This document shows, in pieces, positions 31,008 through 39,728 of a stretch of 64,000 nucleotides of DNA. Location of the stretch: assembly GCA_965238005.1 (NCBI GenBank), contig OZ250165.1, positions 3,008,001 to 3,072,000 of the forward strand. Direction: 5' to 3'. How positions within the stretch are numbered: the first letter of the stretch is position 1; each line of letters opens with the position of its first letter. The notes below the pieces were generated by a model. That model was not told the origin of the DNA and did not search any database. It was given only the letters and a program-made list of their open reading frames with translations. Origin of the DNA: Longimicrobiales bacterium. Lineage in GTDB: Bacteria > Gemmatimonadota > Gemmatimonadetes > Longimicrobiales > Gaopeijiaceae. The translations under genes and the position numbers were made by a program.

Positions 31008-32657
31008 GTGACCATCACGGTTGCAGCAGCCACAGCCAGGCGGCTGGCGGATGCCGGCATCGAGCGCGTATTCGGGCTGCCCGGAGGCGAGATCGTCGTG
31101 TTGATGGACGAGCTTCGCCGGGTGGGCGTCGACTTCGTTCTCATGAGGCACGAGGCCAACGCCGGCATCGCAGCGGCCGTATACGGCAAGCTGCAGCGAC
31201 AGCCCGGGGTGGTTCTGACCACGCTCGGACCCGGCGCAGCGAACCTGATGTTGCCCTTGTCGAGCTCTTATCTCGATCAAGAGCCCCTCCTCGCGATCTC
31301 TGCCCAGATTCCCGACGACTTTCCGTCGGACTACACCCATCAGCTGTTGCCGCTGCACGACGTCTACGGGCCGATCACCAAGTATGTGGCCAAGGTCACG
31401 GCCGACAACGTCGGCGACGTGGTCCCCCGCGCCCTGGCTGCCTGCATGGATCGACCATTCGGGGCGGCTTACCTAACCCTGTCCGCCAGGGAGGCGATCG
31501 CGCCGGTCGACGGGGTGGCGGGGTTACAGGCTGAGGCCGGACCTCGGGCCGAGGCCGGGGGCGACGATGGTCCCCCGGGCATCGGACAAGGACCGGCCGG
31601 TAAGCAGCGAGTTGCCGAACACATGGCCAGGGAGCTCACGGATGCGCTGAGGAGCGCCGAGAGGCCGCTCGTGATCGTGGGGTTGGGGACGGACACGGCG
31701 AACAGCTCCGCGCTGCGCCGATGGCTGGACGAGTGGAATCTTCCGTTGGCGGTTACCCCGAAGGTCAAAGGCATCGTCGACGAGACCGCCGACAACTTCC
31801 TCGGAACGGTCGGTGGGATGGCGGCCGACGGACTGATATGTGAGGCGCTGGAGGCATCCGATCTGCTGATCGGGTTCGGCTTCGACCCGGTGGAATCCGA
31901 CGGAACTTGGTTTGCCGAGCTGCCGATCCGTTGGGTGCTGGAAGCCCCCAACGTGGGTGGGCTCGTTCCGGAGGGCGCCGAGCTGGTGGATCACCGTGCG
32001 CTTCTGGACGTTCTCCTGGGCGAAGAGGCCCCGTCGCAGTGGGTGGCCCCGTTCAAGGAGTTCCAGGAAAGGCGGCTGGCGCTGCTCGATGATCATCCCG
32101 AGGTGTCCGACACGATGTGGCAGGGTGATCTCATCAGGGGGCTGGCTTCCGCAGTACCCTCAGAGACCATCGTCGTCACCGATGTCGGGGCCCACAAGTT
32201 CCTCTTCGGACAGTTTTGGCCGAGCCGACACCCCCAGACCTTCTGGATGTCGAACGGCCTCTCGGGCATGGCGTACGGGTTGGGTGCCGCTATCGGGGCC
32301 AAGCTCGCCCGACCCGACGCTCCGGTCCTGGCGGCCGTGGGTGACGGTGGCTTCTCCATGAACTGTCAGGAACTCGAGACGGCCGTCCGTGTGGGTGCGC
32401 CCTTCGTGACGGTGGTCCTCGAAGACGCCAGCTACGGGCTCATCAAGATGGCGCAGGACCGTCGCAAGCTCGACCTGTACAGAACCGAGTTCCGGCCCAT
32501 CGACTCTGTGAAGATCGCCGAGGCGTGCGGCGTGGCCGGGCTACGGACCACGGATCCCGACCGGATGTCCGCCGCCGTGGTGGAAGCGCTCTCCCGTAAC
32601 GAAAGTCTCGTGGTAGAGGTGCCGGTGGACTACACGCACTATCGAAGGCTTTTCTAG
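31008..32657 (+). CDS. Thiamine-diphosphate-dependent enzyme (acetolactate synthase large subunit-like)
   Basis: VFGLPGGE, RHEANA, TLGPGAAN, TDVGAH, SNGLSGMAYG, GDGGFSMN; GTG start after GGAGG. Confidence 0.9.
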   Translation: MTITVAAATARRLADAGIERVFGLPGGEIVVLMDELRRVGVDFVLMRHEANAGIAAAVYGKLQRQPGVVLTTLGPGAANLMLPLSSSYLDQEPLLAISAQIPDDFPSDYTHQLLPLHDVYGPITKYVAKVTADNVGDVVPRALAACMDRPFGAAYLTLSAREAIAPVDGVAGLQAEAGPRAEAGGDDGPPGIGQGPAGKQRVAEHMARELTDALRSAERPLVIVGLGTDTANSSALRRWLDEWNLPLAVTPKVKGIVDETADNFLGTVGGMAADGLICEALEASDLLIGFGFDPVESDGTWFAELPIRWVLEAPNVGGLVPEGAELVDHRALLDVLLGEEAPSQWVAPFKEFQERRLALLDDHPEVSDTMWQGDLIRGLASAVPSETIVVTDVGAHKFLFGQFWPSRHPQTFWMSNGLSGMAYGLGAAIGAKLARPDAPVLAAVGDGGFSMNCQELETAVRVGAPFVTVVLEDASYGLIKMAQDRRKLDLYRTEFRPIDSVKIAEACGVAGLRTTDPDRMSAAVVEALSRNESLVVEVPVDYTHYRRLF

Positions 32658-33016
32658 GCGACTCTCTGCACGATGAAGTCGGGAACGGTTCTGTGGAAGC
32701 GAACATCGTCGTAGTAGCCGAGGCGAACCAGGTTGTAGAAACGATCGGCGCCGATGGGCGCCCAGCCCCGGACTACTTCGATCACGAGGTCGCCGGCGCT
32801 CGTCTCGAAGCGGGCCAGGAGCGTATCGGGGGCGGCTTCGCTCCAAACCGGAAGATCGGGATCGAGTAGTACGTCCCGTCGAGAGGCTTCGGCAATGGCA
32901 CCAGAGGCGCCGCGCGGCATCGGGGGCTCTTCCTGGTCGGCGCTTCCACCGCAGCTGGACGCACACACCAGGGTCGCCGCCACGAAGGCGAAGTAAGGAG
33001 CACCTTTGGTCAGCAT
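32654..33016 (-). pseudogene. C-terminally truncated cyclophilin-type PPIase lipoprotein
   Basis: FETSAGDLVIEV..WAPIGADRFYNLVRLGYYDDVRFHRTVPDFIVQ then stop within 3 codons; catalytic C-half missing. Confidence 0.8.
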
Positions 33017-33228
33017 TGCTTTACGCCCGAATCGACGGTGGGTTTGGGTCATTCTGCCGAGCCACGGCGACCTGTCCAGGTATCGCGCACTCGAATCGAC
33101 GTGTTCAGGAGGGCGTTCGACAGCACGGGTCGGGGTGTGCCGGTCGGTCGGCCGATCGTGTTGCATTCGGCTGCTATGAGGGTTAAGAGATGGAGCGCCC
33201 AATACAGTGAGGAGCGCCCGATACGTCT

Positions 33229-34206
33229 ATGGCCTCGTTGAAACGTCCCGCCCTCTACGTAGCCGCGGCATTGGTCGTCTTCGTGATCGTCGCTATGCCA
33301 CCCAGGGGCACCTCCACGGCGGATTTTCCCGACCCGCGACGCGAGGTGCGGCACGTCATCCCGTGGCGGGCCGGTGGAGGCACGGATGCCGCGATGCGGG
33401 GCTTCGCCCAGTATTTCGAGGAGCACCTGGGCGTTCCCGTCATCACCGAGAACATCTCCGGTGGCTTGAGCTCCGTGGGTCTCCTCACGGTGAAGAGGGC
33501 AGCGCCCGATGGATACACGGTCGGGACCATGACCTACGATGTTCTCACGGTGGGTTTCCTCGACCTCGCTCCGATCGAGTGGTCGGAATTCGAGCCTGTC
33601 TGCACCGTCACGGACCATCCGACCGCGATCATCGCCCGCGCCGACGAATACGCGGATCTCGAGGCCTTCGGCGCCGAAGCGCTCGCCAGGCCTGGTGGGA
33701 TCCGTACGGGCAATGCCGGTGCCCAGGGAGTATGGCACCAACACGCCGTGGCGTTGGAAAACGAGATGGGCGTTCGGTTGCGCCACGTGCCCTATGAGGC
33801 CAGCTCCGGCCTTCTCAGTGCCATCCTCGGGGGTGAGGTAGAGATCGTGGTCGCGAGCTTGCCGGCCTTCCGATCGTACCTGGAGGATGGCACGCTGCGG
33901 GCTCTGGCCGTCATGGCGAAAGAGCGCGATCCGCTCGTTCCCGACGTCCCGACCTTCAGGGAGCATGGCTTCGATCTGGAGTATGGTAGCTTCCGAGTTC
34001 TTGTGGCACCGCCGGAGACACCTGAGACCGTGCTCTCTGATCTCGAGAGAGCCTGCCGCGCGGCTTGGGAGGATCCTGGCTTCCAGGAGTGGGCCGTGAC
34101 GGCCGCGATCGGGGCGGTGTGGAGGGATCGCGAACAGACGACCGCCTACCTCGCAGCGTTGGCGCCCAGGGTGGGACAGCTGATGGTAGACCTCGGAATG
34201 CGCTGA
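33229..34206 (+). CDS. tctC: Tripartite tricarboxylate transporter substrate-binding protein
   Basis: IPWRAGGGTD, ENISGG, AAPDGYT, HVPY, PDVPTFREHG. Confidence 0.88.
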   Translation: MASLKRPALYVAAALVVFVIVAMPPRGTSTADFPDPRREVRHVIPWRAGGGTDAAMRGFAQYFEEHLGVPVITENISGGLSSVGLLTVKRAAPDGYTVGTMTYDVLTVGFLDLAPIEWSEFEPVCTVTDHPTAIIARADEYADLEAFGAEALARPGGIRTGNAGAQGVWHQHAVALENEMGVRLRHVPYEASSGLLSAILGGEVEIVVASLPAFRSYLEDGTLRALAVMAKERDPLVPDVPTFREHGFDLEYGSFRVLVAPPETPETVLSDLERACRAAWEDPGFQEWAVTAAIGAVWRDREQTTAYLAALAPRVGQLMVDLGMR

Positions 34207-34333
34207 GCCTCTCGGGAGGCGAGCGATACCAAGTGAGCAGTCGGGAAGGAAGGTCCAGATAGTCCACCGCGATGTCGCCTCCGGCGGAACCCTCATCGTC
34301 GTTTCGGTTGCCTACTTCGTCGGCACGCTGGGA

Positions 34334-34756
34334 ATGCCGGCCAGCCAGGCGGAGCCGGGCCCCGCGTTTCTCCCCAGGATCCTGTCGGCGGCCCTTCTCC
34401 TACTCGGCTTCGTGACTCTGGTCGCGGGGATACGGTCGAAGCGGACAGAGGGAGACCGTACGGGCGAGACCGTGACGCTACCGGGGCCGGAGCTTCAGCC
34501 CGAGTCCGAGCCAGGGCTGGATCCGGACATCGATAGGGTATGGGCGGCGGTAGGGGTCACCTTCATGTACGTGTGGCTCTTCGAGCCCCTCGGGTTCGTG
34601 CTCAGCACACTCGCGTACACGTTCGGTGTCACGGTCCTGTTCCGGAGAGACCACTCCAAGCTCCTTTTTGTGGTTCCCCTTTTGTGCACCCTCGCCATCT
34701 ACCTGTTCTTTCGGGTGGGGCTGGGAGCGCGCTTGCCGGTCGGTCCTTTTGGATAG
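34334..34756 (+). CDS. tctB: Tripartite tricarboxylate transporter small membrane subunit (true start probably further upstream)
   Basis: GPAFLPRI, EPLGFVLST, LGARLPVG; the open frame extends upstream past 34259 with no canonical start. Confidence 0.78.
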   Translation: MPASQAEPGPAFLPRILSAALLLLGFVTLVAGIRSKRTEGDRTGETVTLPGPELQPESEPGLDPDIDRVWAAVGVTFMYVWLFEPLGFVLSTLAYTFGVTVLFRRDHSKLLFVVPLLCTLAIYLFFRVGLGARLPVGPFG

Positions 34757-34792
34757 GGGGCGTCCGGCCTCCATCCGAGTGGGGGGATTCCG

Positions 34793-36280
34793 TTGACGCT
34801 GGCGACCTGGCTCGATCCCACGCTCCTTGCCGCGCTTCTCGGTGGCACGTTCCTCGGGATCGTCGTCGGGGCAGTGCCAGGCCTGACGGCAACCCTCGCC
34901 ATCGCGCTTCTGCTCCCCGTCACGTTTCACCTGTCCGCGACCACCGCCATCGTCATGATGACCGGGATATTCACCGGAGGGATCTATGGTGGGTCCATCG
35001 CCGCGATAACCGTGCGGATCCCCGGGACTCCGGCCAGCGCCATGACCATGCTCGACGGGAACGTCATGGCGAGGGAGGGGCGGGCGGAGGCCGCCATCGG
35101 GCTCGCTACGTTCAGCTCGTTCGTCGGCGGAATCACCGGTGGTGTCGTGCTGGTCTTGTTTGCCCCCCAGTTGGCGCGGATGGCTCTCACGTTCCAGTCC
35201 CCAGAGATGTTCTCTCTGGTGCTCCTGGCTCTGGTAGCCATCGCTACCGCCACTCAGGGCTCCCTCGTAAAGAGCATTGCGGCCACCGTGGTTGGTCTGA
35301 TGCTGTCCACCGTGGGGATCGATCCGCTGCTCCCTGCTCCTCGCTTCACACTCGGATCCGTGGATTTTTTGGTGGGGGTTCCGCTGTTGCCGGTCGTGAT
35401 CGGGCTATTTGCCGTGGCCGAGCTCTTCCGTCAGGTCGGGCGGCCGGTCGTGGCTCCCGGGGAGGCGGCTCCGATACGCTTCGACCGCGTGTTCGCTTTT
35501 TGGCCCGAGGCCAGGAAAGCGGGATGGAAGGTTTTCGGAAAGAGCTCGGCGATCGGCACGCTGGTGGGAGCACTGCCGGGTGCGGGCGCCGCCATGGCGG
35601 CGTTTCTGGCCTACTCGGAGGCCAAACGATCCTCCGGGCGACCGGATCGGTTCGGAACGGGGATCCCTGAGGGCCTCGTCGCGCCGGAGGCCGCAAACAA
35701 CGCCATGACCGGTGGCGCATTCATTCCCATGCTGGCGTTCGGTATACCCGGAGACGCGGTCACCGCCGTCATCTTGGGCGGGCTGACGATGCATGGGATC
35801 GTACCGGGTCCGCAGCTCTTCAACGAGAGTGCGGATCTGATCGCTCCGCTCTTCGGCGCCTACTTCCTAAGCTACTTCGTGATCCTCGGCTTGGGGCTGC
35901 TCCTTCTGCCTGTATATGCCCAAATCGCCTCCGTAGATCGAGCCATTCTGTTTCCTGTGATCGGTGCTGTGGCGATCGTGGCGGCCTTCGTTGCGGAGAG
36001 AACCGCTTTCGCCATGTACCTGACGGTTGCGATCGGCGTACTCGGGTATGTCTCCCAGCGTTACGGATATCCGGTCATCCCGGTCCTCATGGGCCTGATC
36101 CTCGGACCCATGCTGGAGTCCAATCTGCGGCGGGCACTGATCCTGTCGGAGGGAGACCCCATGATCTTCTTCACCTCACCCGTGAGCGCCGTCCTGCTCT
36201 TGATCTCCGCGCTATTCTCGGCCTACTTCGGCTACCTCGCGGTGCGGCGTACCCGTGGGGACCCGAGGCTCTCGGGCTAG
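34793..36280 (+). CDS. tctA: Tripartite tricarboxylate transporter large membrane subunit
   Basis: GAVPGLTATLAIALLLP, YGGSIAAI..IPGTP, APEAANNA, LAFGIPG, ILGPMLESNLRRAL. Confidence 0.93.
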   Translation: MTLATWLDPTLLAALLGGTFLGIVVGAVPGLTATLAIALLLPVTFHLSATTAIVMMTGIFTGGIYGGSIAAITVRIPGTPASAMTMLDGNVMAREGRAEAAIGLATFSSFVGGITGGVVLVLFAPQLARMALTFQSPEMFSLVLLALVAIATATQGSLVKSIAATVVGLMLSTVGIDPLLPAPRFTLGSVDFLVGVPLLPVVIGLFAVAELFRQVGRPVVAPGEAAPIRFDRVFAFWPEARKAGWKVFGKSSAIGTLVGALPGAGAAMAAFLAYSEAKRSSGRPDRFGTGIPEGLVAPEAANNAMTGGAFIPMLAFGIPGDAVTAVILGGLTMHGIVPGPQLFNESADLIAPLFGAYFLSYFVILGLGLLLLPVYAQIASVDRAILFPVIGAVAIVAAFVAERTAFAMYLTVAIGVLGYVSQRYGYPVIPVLMGLILGPMLESNLRRALILSEGDPMIFFTSPVSAVLLLISALFSAYFGYLAVRRTRGDPRLSG

Positions 36281-36324
36281 TCGTCGGGGGCCTCCACCCT
36301 CATTTTGCCTTTCCGGCATCCTAG

Positions 36325-36873
36325 CCCGGACAAGATGCGAGCGCTCCAGGAGCGGCTTCGATCGGGCGAGCAGGCGGGCGCACGCCTCCATCGGTCCGGG
36401 CCGTACTTCGGATCGGCCAGGGTGGGGTGGGACCCTGACTTCACGGCGGAGGACATCCACCGACAAGTGGACGCGTTGGTCGCCGAGGGCGTCGCGGGAT
36501 TCAAGGCCAAAACGATCACGGCACCCCATCTCGAGGCGCTGATCGAACGGGCCCACCATCACGGGCTGACCGTGACCGGCCATCTTGGCTCGGGCTTCAG
36601 GAATTCGGTGAACCCGCGTGACGCCGTGAACTTGGGGATCGACCGCATCGAGCACTTCATGGGCGGTGACGCCATGCCGGCGGATCGCTCGGCCTATGCC
36701 TCGCTGGTCGAGATGACCTCCGACATGCCGGAGTTCGCGCGCGTCATGAAGCTGTACCTCGAGAAGGGCGCCAACTACGACGCCACGCTCAGCGCGTACG
36801 GATACTCGGGGGGGACGCGACCCCGAGGTCTACGACTACTTCGTCGATGAGCTGAGCTACCTGACTCCCTTCG
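36325..36873 (+). pseudogene. Internal fragment of an amidohydrolase-family protein
   Basis: SGPYFG, GFKAK, AHHHGLTVTGHL, GIDRIEH, YDATL; frameshift in a G-run near 36810; both termini missing. Confidence 0.7.
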
Positions 36874-36874
36874 C

Positions 36875-37234
36875 ACATGGCTGGCCGTGCATGAGGACGG
36901 GACGGCGACCTTCTACGTCGGGAAGACCGACGGGGGCCAGGGCACCGGAACCGCCTTCCGCCGGCTGATGTGCGACGAGTTGGACATCGCCTTCGAGAAG
37001 AGCACGCTGGTCATGGGCCGAACCGACCTGACGGTCGATCAGGGTGGGTCGGATGCGATCGAACGCGACGCCTGGGCCGCTCGCCGGGTGGCCGCAGAAG
37101 CCCGCCGCGTCCTGCTGGAGATGGCGTCCGAGCGGTTCGGCGTACTGGTGGACGGGCTTGCCGTCAGCGAAGGAGTGATCTCCATACGGCGCGATCCCTC
37201 CAGGCAGGTCACGTACGAGGCTGCCGGTGTCTAG
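36875..37234 (+). pseudogene. Fragment of a xanthine dehydrogenase-family molybdopterin-binding subunit
   Basis: WLAVHEDGTATFYVGKTDGGQGTGTA..DELD..AAEARRVLLEMASERFGV. Confidence 0.75.
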
Positions 37235-37246
37235 TTGTGGGCGAGC

Positions 37247-38521
37247 CTAGCGTCCGCCAACCGTCGCCCCGGTCAGCTGCGAGAGCGCCGCCAAGGTCGT
37301 CTGGCCGGCATTGAGCCCGAGCCTGAAGTCATCATCAGTAAACGTCGTCCACACGTCGAGCGGCGTGTGCCAGGTCGGATTCCACCCGCCCCCGGTCTGG
37401 GCGCCGCGCTCGTTTTCCCGCAAGCTGATCGACGGCACGATATCCATGAACGGGCCTGAATCCGTGTTGGTCATATGGGGGCCGACCGCAGCCGGGTAGT
37501 CGGTGTTGTAGGCGTCGGCGGCCGCCTTGAAGACAAAGGCGAGCTTCATCGATGCTTCAGCCAGTTCGGAATTCGACTGGAATTCGATGTTGACGTCGGC
37601 TTCAGGGCGCTGATCGCGGCTCACCGTGCCGTCGGCGCGCGGCGCTCCGTGATCCCAAAGCATCATGTCGTGCTGGATCATGCCGAGCCACGTGGGCTCG
37701 GGATACTGGCCGGATCCCGCTGGGCTCTCAATCCCTTGGAGCTCCTGCCGCTGGGCGATGTAGGCACGGGCGCCGTTCGTGCCGGTCTCCTCGTTGTTCC
37801 ACAGCGCGAAACGGATCGACACCTCAGTCTCCACGTCGGGAGCGTTGAAGACGCGCGCCAACTCCATGACCAGAGCGGTACCCGAGCCGTCGTCGTTGAC
37901 CGCTTCGTTGACACCGTGGCCGTCCATGTGGCCGCCGACGATGTACATCTGGTCGGGCTGCGTCGTGCCGATTTTGGTGCAATAGACTTCGGTACGCTCG
38001 CCGTTCACCGGCTCTTCGCGATTGAGCTCGCGGATGCGCTCGTCGGGTTGGGCGTCGAGGTCGCGGTTGACGCCGGTAGGCGCGCGGTAGCCGAAGACGG
38101 AGCTGCCCCCGGGACCGCTACCGTTACGGCCAACTAGGCCGCCCGTGGGTATCGTCAGGTCGGGCGTCGTCGTGGAGCCGCCACGCCCACGGCCCCGATT
38201 CCGGGGCGCTGGATCGTACTCGTACGTGATACGCTCTGTGTTGGTGCAGCCGAACGCCTGGAGCTGCGCCTCGATCCATTCGACCGCGTCACGGTTACGT
38301 TGCGTCCCCTGGCGACGGTCACCGAACTGGGTCAGTCCTTTGAGCGTCGTCTTGTAGTTGTCGAGCGTCAGGCGGCTGACGAGAACCTGAGTCGATTCGT
38401 CTTGGGCGTCCTGCACTCGTGTGGCGGTCGCCAGCGTCGATGCAGCGACGCCACCGGTGGCGAATGCGCCGGTATAAAGGAGCGTGAACGTTGCGGCGAT
38501 TAGTGGAACTCTGGTGCACAT
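37247..38521 (-). CDS. M28 family peptidase (secreted)
   Basis: IVGGHMD, VNDDGSGTA, WNNEETG, QHDM, TDSGPF, WHTPLD; signal peptide. Confidence 0.9.
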   Translation of the reverse strand: MCTRVPLIAATFTLLYTGAFATGGVAASTLATATRVQDAQDESTQVLVSRLTLDNYKTTLKGLTQFGDRRQGTQRNRDAVEWIEAQLQAFGCTNTERITYEYDPAPRNRGRGRGGSTTTPDLTIPTGGLVGRNGSGPGGSSVFGYRAPTGVNRDLDAQPDERIRELNREEPVNGERTEVYCTKIGTTQPDQMYIVGGHMDGHGVNEAVNDDGSGTALVMELARVFNAPDVETEVSIRFALWNNEETGTNGARAYIAQRQELQGIESPAGSGQYPEPTWLGMIQHDMMLWDHGAPRADGTVSRDQRPEADVNIEFQSNSELAEASMKLAFVFKAAADAYNTDYPAAVGPHMTNTDSGPFMDIVPSISLRENERGAQTGGGWNPTWHTPLDVWTTFTDDDFRLGLNAGQTTLAALSQLTGATVGGR

Positions 38522-39359
38522 GGCCAGGCCTCAGGGGAGCGTCCAGCGTTTGGGAGTATTGAACCGATCAGACCATACCTGCCCGCGTCCGCCAGGACAA
38601 CTCGGGAGGAAGGCGAAAGTCGCAGATCTTACTGGCGTCGTGGAGCGGACCGGCCGACGCCCGACGTAGCGATGGCGAACGGGAGACGATCAAGGTTGTG
38701 TGCCGGGAGTTGGGCCTCAGCGAGAGGCTCACTTGGACTAGCTCGGAGAGGAGAAGTCCTACGGCAGACCCGAGCTGTTGGAGCTCTGCGACGATATCTG
38801 GGACTAGGACCCTCAGGTGACACGGATCTCCATATCTGTGATGTTCCAAACCTCAGCCTAGTCGGAAGGTCTGAATTGCCAGCAGGTCTACTCGGCCGCG
38901 GCCAAGTTGTTCTCGGCCAGCCCGCAGCATTATGGACTCCGCTTGTTGCAGGGTCCACAGCGCTCACCTTGCAGCTCGCGCTGTGGATCACCATCGTCCT
39001 CGCGCAGCAGAGCCGAGGCGCCGGTAGGGTCTCGAAGAAGCGGAGTTCCTTCAACTCCTCCTCGATGTCAGAAACGATATCGACACTCAGTTCCAGCTTT
39101 GGCTAACGATCACGTAGGGGCAGCTTCTGTAAAATGATAACCGTCGTCCTGGCTTCTCTCACTCTCTCATCGCTGTTCGTCCAGGATCAGCAGGCCCCTG
39201 ATGGTACGGTCCGGATCGGATCGTCTTCGGACGCCACCTCCGGCGGCCAGTTCGTCCACGAAGACTTCGATCCGGACTTCGGGGTCAACTCCGGGTTACG
39301 GTCGAGCGAGCCTCCTCCCCCACCGCCACCCTGGGGGACGACCTCGCTCCCGACTACGT

Positions 39360-39467
39360 GACGAGCGGATGCGTGGATGGGCAAGGGATGCCGAACGGAT
39401 CCGACCCCGCGTCGGGGACGGCAGGTCCGTGGTGCGTCGGTCTATGTCTCAGTCTGGCCGCGACTGA
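39360..39467 (-). mobile_element. Fragment of the IS91-like element 3' end (transposase stop plus downstream DNA)
   Basis: Aligns by eye to 42241-42374 (CGGATGCGTGGATGGGCAA..GTCGGGGACGGC..TCTCAGTCTGG). Confidence 0.7.
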
Positions 39468-39529
39468 CGAGGACCGAATGCCCGAGCTAAGCTAACAAAC
39501 CCCAGGATTGCTAATTGACACAAGAATCC

Positions 39530-39631
39530 GGACAGGCCCTGTCTTTCGACCAGCATGACTTGTTCTTCTCCGTCCACTTCCTGCGAGCGCACCTCGACGA
39601 TTTCATTGGCGCGGGCCTGCACGGTGCGACC
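39530..39631 (-). pseudogene. Short fragment resembling the PyrR C-terminus
   Basis: Translates GRTVQARANEIVEVRSQEVDGEEQVMLVER, similar to the PyrR C-terminal V-x-V-x-L-x-E-x-DG pattern. Confidence 0.45.
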
Positions 39632-39645
39632 GCTCCTATTAATTC

Positions 39646-39728
39646 GGACCCGGAGGCATATTGGTTCGACATCATCGTCGGGAATCCTCCGTGGCTCGTA
39701 TATCGGAAGGACCCGGAGGCATATTGGT
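39646..39728 (+). repeat. Perfect 20-bp direct repeat pair enclosing a 43-bp insert
   Basis: GGACCCGGAGGCATATTGGT at 39646-39665 and 39709-39728. Confidence 0.95.

Noticed and set aside
27156..38718. 14-bp match GAGGCCCAACTCCC at about 27156 (+) and 38705-38718 (-) as element ends
   Set aside because: Short, no target duplication and no associated transposase; may be chance
38629..39361. ORFs 38629-39054, 38672-39106 and 39134-39361
   Set aside because: Probably degraded coding DNA, but I cannot assign a family or a consistent frame
39646..39728. CRISPR array
   Set aside because: Only two repeats, the repeat is coding sequence of the peptidase, and no cas genes or leader are present; reported as an insertion scar instead
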